DNA of 6,260 bases, taken from IMG/VR virus record IMGVR_UViG_3300045988_004286, positions 1 through 6,260 of that record. One strand, written 5' to 3'. This DNA is from a virus. How positions within the stretch are numbered: position 1 is the stretch's first letter; every line of letters starts with the position of its first letter. Below the pieces are notes generated by a model, which was not told where the DNA came from, ran no database searches, and saw only the letters and a program-made list of their open reading frames with translations. The position numbers and the translations under genes are program-made. Shown piece by piece: positions 4,774 through 6,260 of this stretch.

Positions 4774-6260
4774 TTAGTAAGGTACACCATCACGAGACAA
4801 ATTACGGGCAACATAGCAACCGATATAAGAGTTAACCAACAATTGGTCAGTATCCCAAGCAGAAGTAGCCTTAACGCCAAAAATAGAATCAAGAACAGAA
4901 GGATTAACCTTGAAGAACTTGTAATTCAAGACAACTCTAGTGTCCTGGTCAACATTACCATCTTGATAACCAAAACCAAACCATCCGGAAAGGAGAGATT
5001 CAGTAACAGGAGAAACCCAAGATTTGAGAGTGGTAGTAAAGGCACCATTAACAACATCAAGCTTAGTTTTCCAATTGAAATAACGGGGATTATAACCTGC
5101 GTTAAACAGATTAACAATAGAAGCTTTCGGAGAATTGAAAATCTGCGTCATAGGAAGAACTTCCATGCCAATGTTATCAAATTCCGGAATAGGAAGGGAC
5201 TCAGCATCGGTAACAAGCAGCTGACCATCCTGTCCAGTAATTGTGTAATCAAGCAAAGGAACGGCATGATAGATGCACATAACGACACAATGTTCGTCAG
5301 TCGTATAAGTAAATGAACCGTTTCCTGTACCGACACCTTTACCGGCAATAACGGCAGTATCGTTTTCAGTAGAAAGGTTATTATTCACAACTTCACTAAT
5401 GTCGAGGTTACGGGAAATACCACCGATATAGGTACACATATTAGAAAGAGCTTGAGGCAAGTTCACACCAAAATGTTTACGAATCTGTTCGCGATAATCA
5501 GAATCACCGGACTGGCTGATTTCTTTCCAACGTTGAAGAGCCTCGGCTTGACGAAGGGCAAGAACAGTCATTTGAGAAGATATATCCTTAAGACTGACAT
5601 AAAGACTGGAATCTTTAGCAACAGTCTCACCAGTAGGAAGATGAACAGAAATAGGAGAACTATTTGCAGCAGAAGACAACGCAGTAGCAACGTCAACAGA
5701 GCGAGAATTGCCAGAAGCATCAGAAACAAAAACACCAGGAGTAGAATTACCCAAATCAATAACAGCAACATCACCAAACTGGGAGTTCGGAAGAACACCC
5801 ATCAACATGTCCTTGTTCCAATTACAATATCTGAGGTCAAACATTGTATCGGATTTCCAATAATCGGAACCGGAAGAAGGAAGAGAAGAAATCAGAGAAG
5901 GAGAAATACCAGAAAAATAGTCAACATTGTAAGAAGAAGGATTAGCATTCTCCCACTGAGACCATCGGAAAAAATCCTGGTAAATTTTCTGATACGCTAA
6001 AATAGGGAAAAGATTCACAACGGTATTTTGAATGTATTGCTGAGTATAGTTCGACGATGGATTACTAAGAACTACAGTTGACCACCAACGAGAACCTTTA
6101 TCAGGAGCTTCCTTTACAAAATTACCATAACCAAGATAACTCAACAACTTAAAAGACAAATCAGAACGGAAGAATCCAAAAGAATTCAACAATGAAGAAG
6201 TAGTATTACCAGGGTTTGAAGAAGCTCCATTCAAAGAAGTCAAAACGCCAGAAAAAAAAG
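4774..6260 (-). CDS. VP1: Major capsid protein (VP1/F-like), 3' part. 6162..6260 duplicates 1..99. Stop TAA at 4776..4774.
   Basis: Track ORF 4774..6243. Its listed 'M' is an internal TTG (Leu) codon, and the frame stays open to the window end. Capsid-like blocks include LRQAEALQRWKE, YREQIRKHFGV and YIGG. Strong T-ending codon bias is shared with the other minus-strand genes. Confidence 0.93.
   Translation of the reverse strand, partial: FFSGVLTSLNGASSNPGNTTSSLLNSFGFFRSDLSFKLLSYLGYGNFVKEAPDKGSRWWSTVVLSNPSSNYTQQYIQNTVVNLFPILAYQKIYQDFFRWSQWENANPSSYNVDYFSGISPSLISSLPSSGSDYWKSDTMFDLRYCNWNKDMLMGVLPNSQFGDVAVIDLGNSTPGVFVSDASGNSRSVDVATALSSAANSSPISVHLPTGETVAKDSSLYVSLKDISSQMTVLALRQAEALQRWKEISQSGDSDYREQIRKHFGVNLPQALSNMCTYIGGISRNLDISEVVNNNLSTENDTAVIAGKGVGTGNGSFTYTTDEHCVVMCIYHAVPLLDYTITGQDGQLLVTDAESLPIPEFDNIGMEVLPMTQIFNSPKASIVNLFNAGYNPRYFNWKTKLDVVNGAFTTTLKSWVSPVTESLLSGWFGFGYQDGNVDQDTRVVLNYKFFKVNPSVLDSIFGVKATSAWDTDQLLVNSYIGCYVARNLSRDGVPY
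6162..6260. repeat. Terminal redundancy, copy 2 (identical to 1..99)
   Basis: Same comparison as copy 1. Non-redundant genome is 1..6161. Confidence 0.97.

Noticed and set aside
187-5798. Same-strand nested ORFs, several very Leu-rich and TM-like (187..405, 750..1025, 1815..2126, 3239..3424, 3782..4012, 4926..5117, 5148..5348, 5568..5798)
   Set aside because: All are in the +1 frame of the host gene, by distance from the host start modulo 3. T-rich third positions deplete stop codons in that frame and generate CTT/TTx (Leu/Phe) runs, so the apparent hydrophobic proteins are a compositional artefact.
158-6000. All plus-strand ORFs in the track (158..481, 1714..2247, 2254..2439, 3120..3401, 3402..3860, 4056..4388, 4493..4765, 4843..5316, 5452..6000)
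   Set aside because: Each lies antisense to a minus-strand gene that has clear motifs and consistent codon bias. Their products are low-complexity R/K/N/I/S-rich strings typical of translating the A-rich antisense strand. Microviridae transcribe one strand only.
1-6260. Checked for CRISPR arrays, IS/transposase or integrase genes, rRNA genes and tandem repeats
   Set aside because: None found. There are no spaced direct repeats, no recombinase-like ORF and no long tandem arrays. The only long repeat is the 99-nt terminal assembly overlap.

Overview
The window is one complete circular Microviridae (ssDNA phage) genome. It is given as the reverse complement of the coding (viral-sense) strand. 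Positions 1..99 are identical to 6162..6260, so the true unit length is 6161 nt. All credible genes lie on the minus strand and are tightly packed. In transcription order they are: a Bacteroidetes-type promoter-like element (2834..2798); a 57-aa ORF; a 29-aa single-TM ORF; a 102-aa M15-type Zn peptidase; a 563-aa HUH rolling-circle Rep (VP4/A-like); a 615-aa major capsid protein (VP1/F-like, split by the window ends); a 159-aa acidic scaffold-like protein; a 353-aa Gly/Gln-rich pilot/minor capsid protein (VP2/H-like); a terminator-like hairpin; and a ~330-nt GC-enriched, stop-riddled, hairpin-dense intergenic region. Genome size, large Rep and MCP, and gene order fit an Alpavirinae-like microvirus. 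The lack of Shine-Dalgarno sequences and a TTTG-N21-TAnnTTTG element point to a Bacteroidetes host. Three things deserve a second look. (1) Two small ORFs fall below the ORF-track cutoff; together with the M15 peptidase they look like a holin/endolysin-style lysis cassette in a microvirus. (2) The structured intergenic region carries C-GAA-G mini-hairpins on the viral strand, so it may be a complementary-strand origin or a structured RNA. (3) The capsid gene is split across the window ends. All plus-strand ORFs and all same-strand +1-frame ORFs in the track look like compositional artefacts. Homology statements rest on motif recognition by eye; no searches or folding programs were run.
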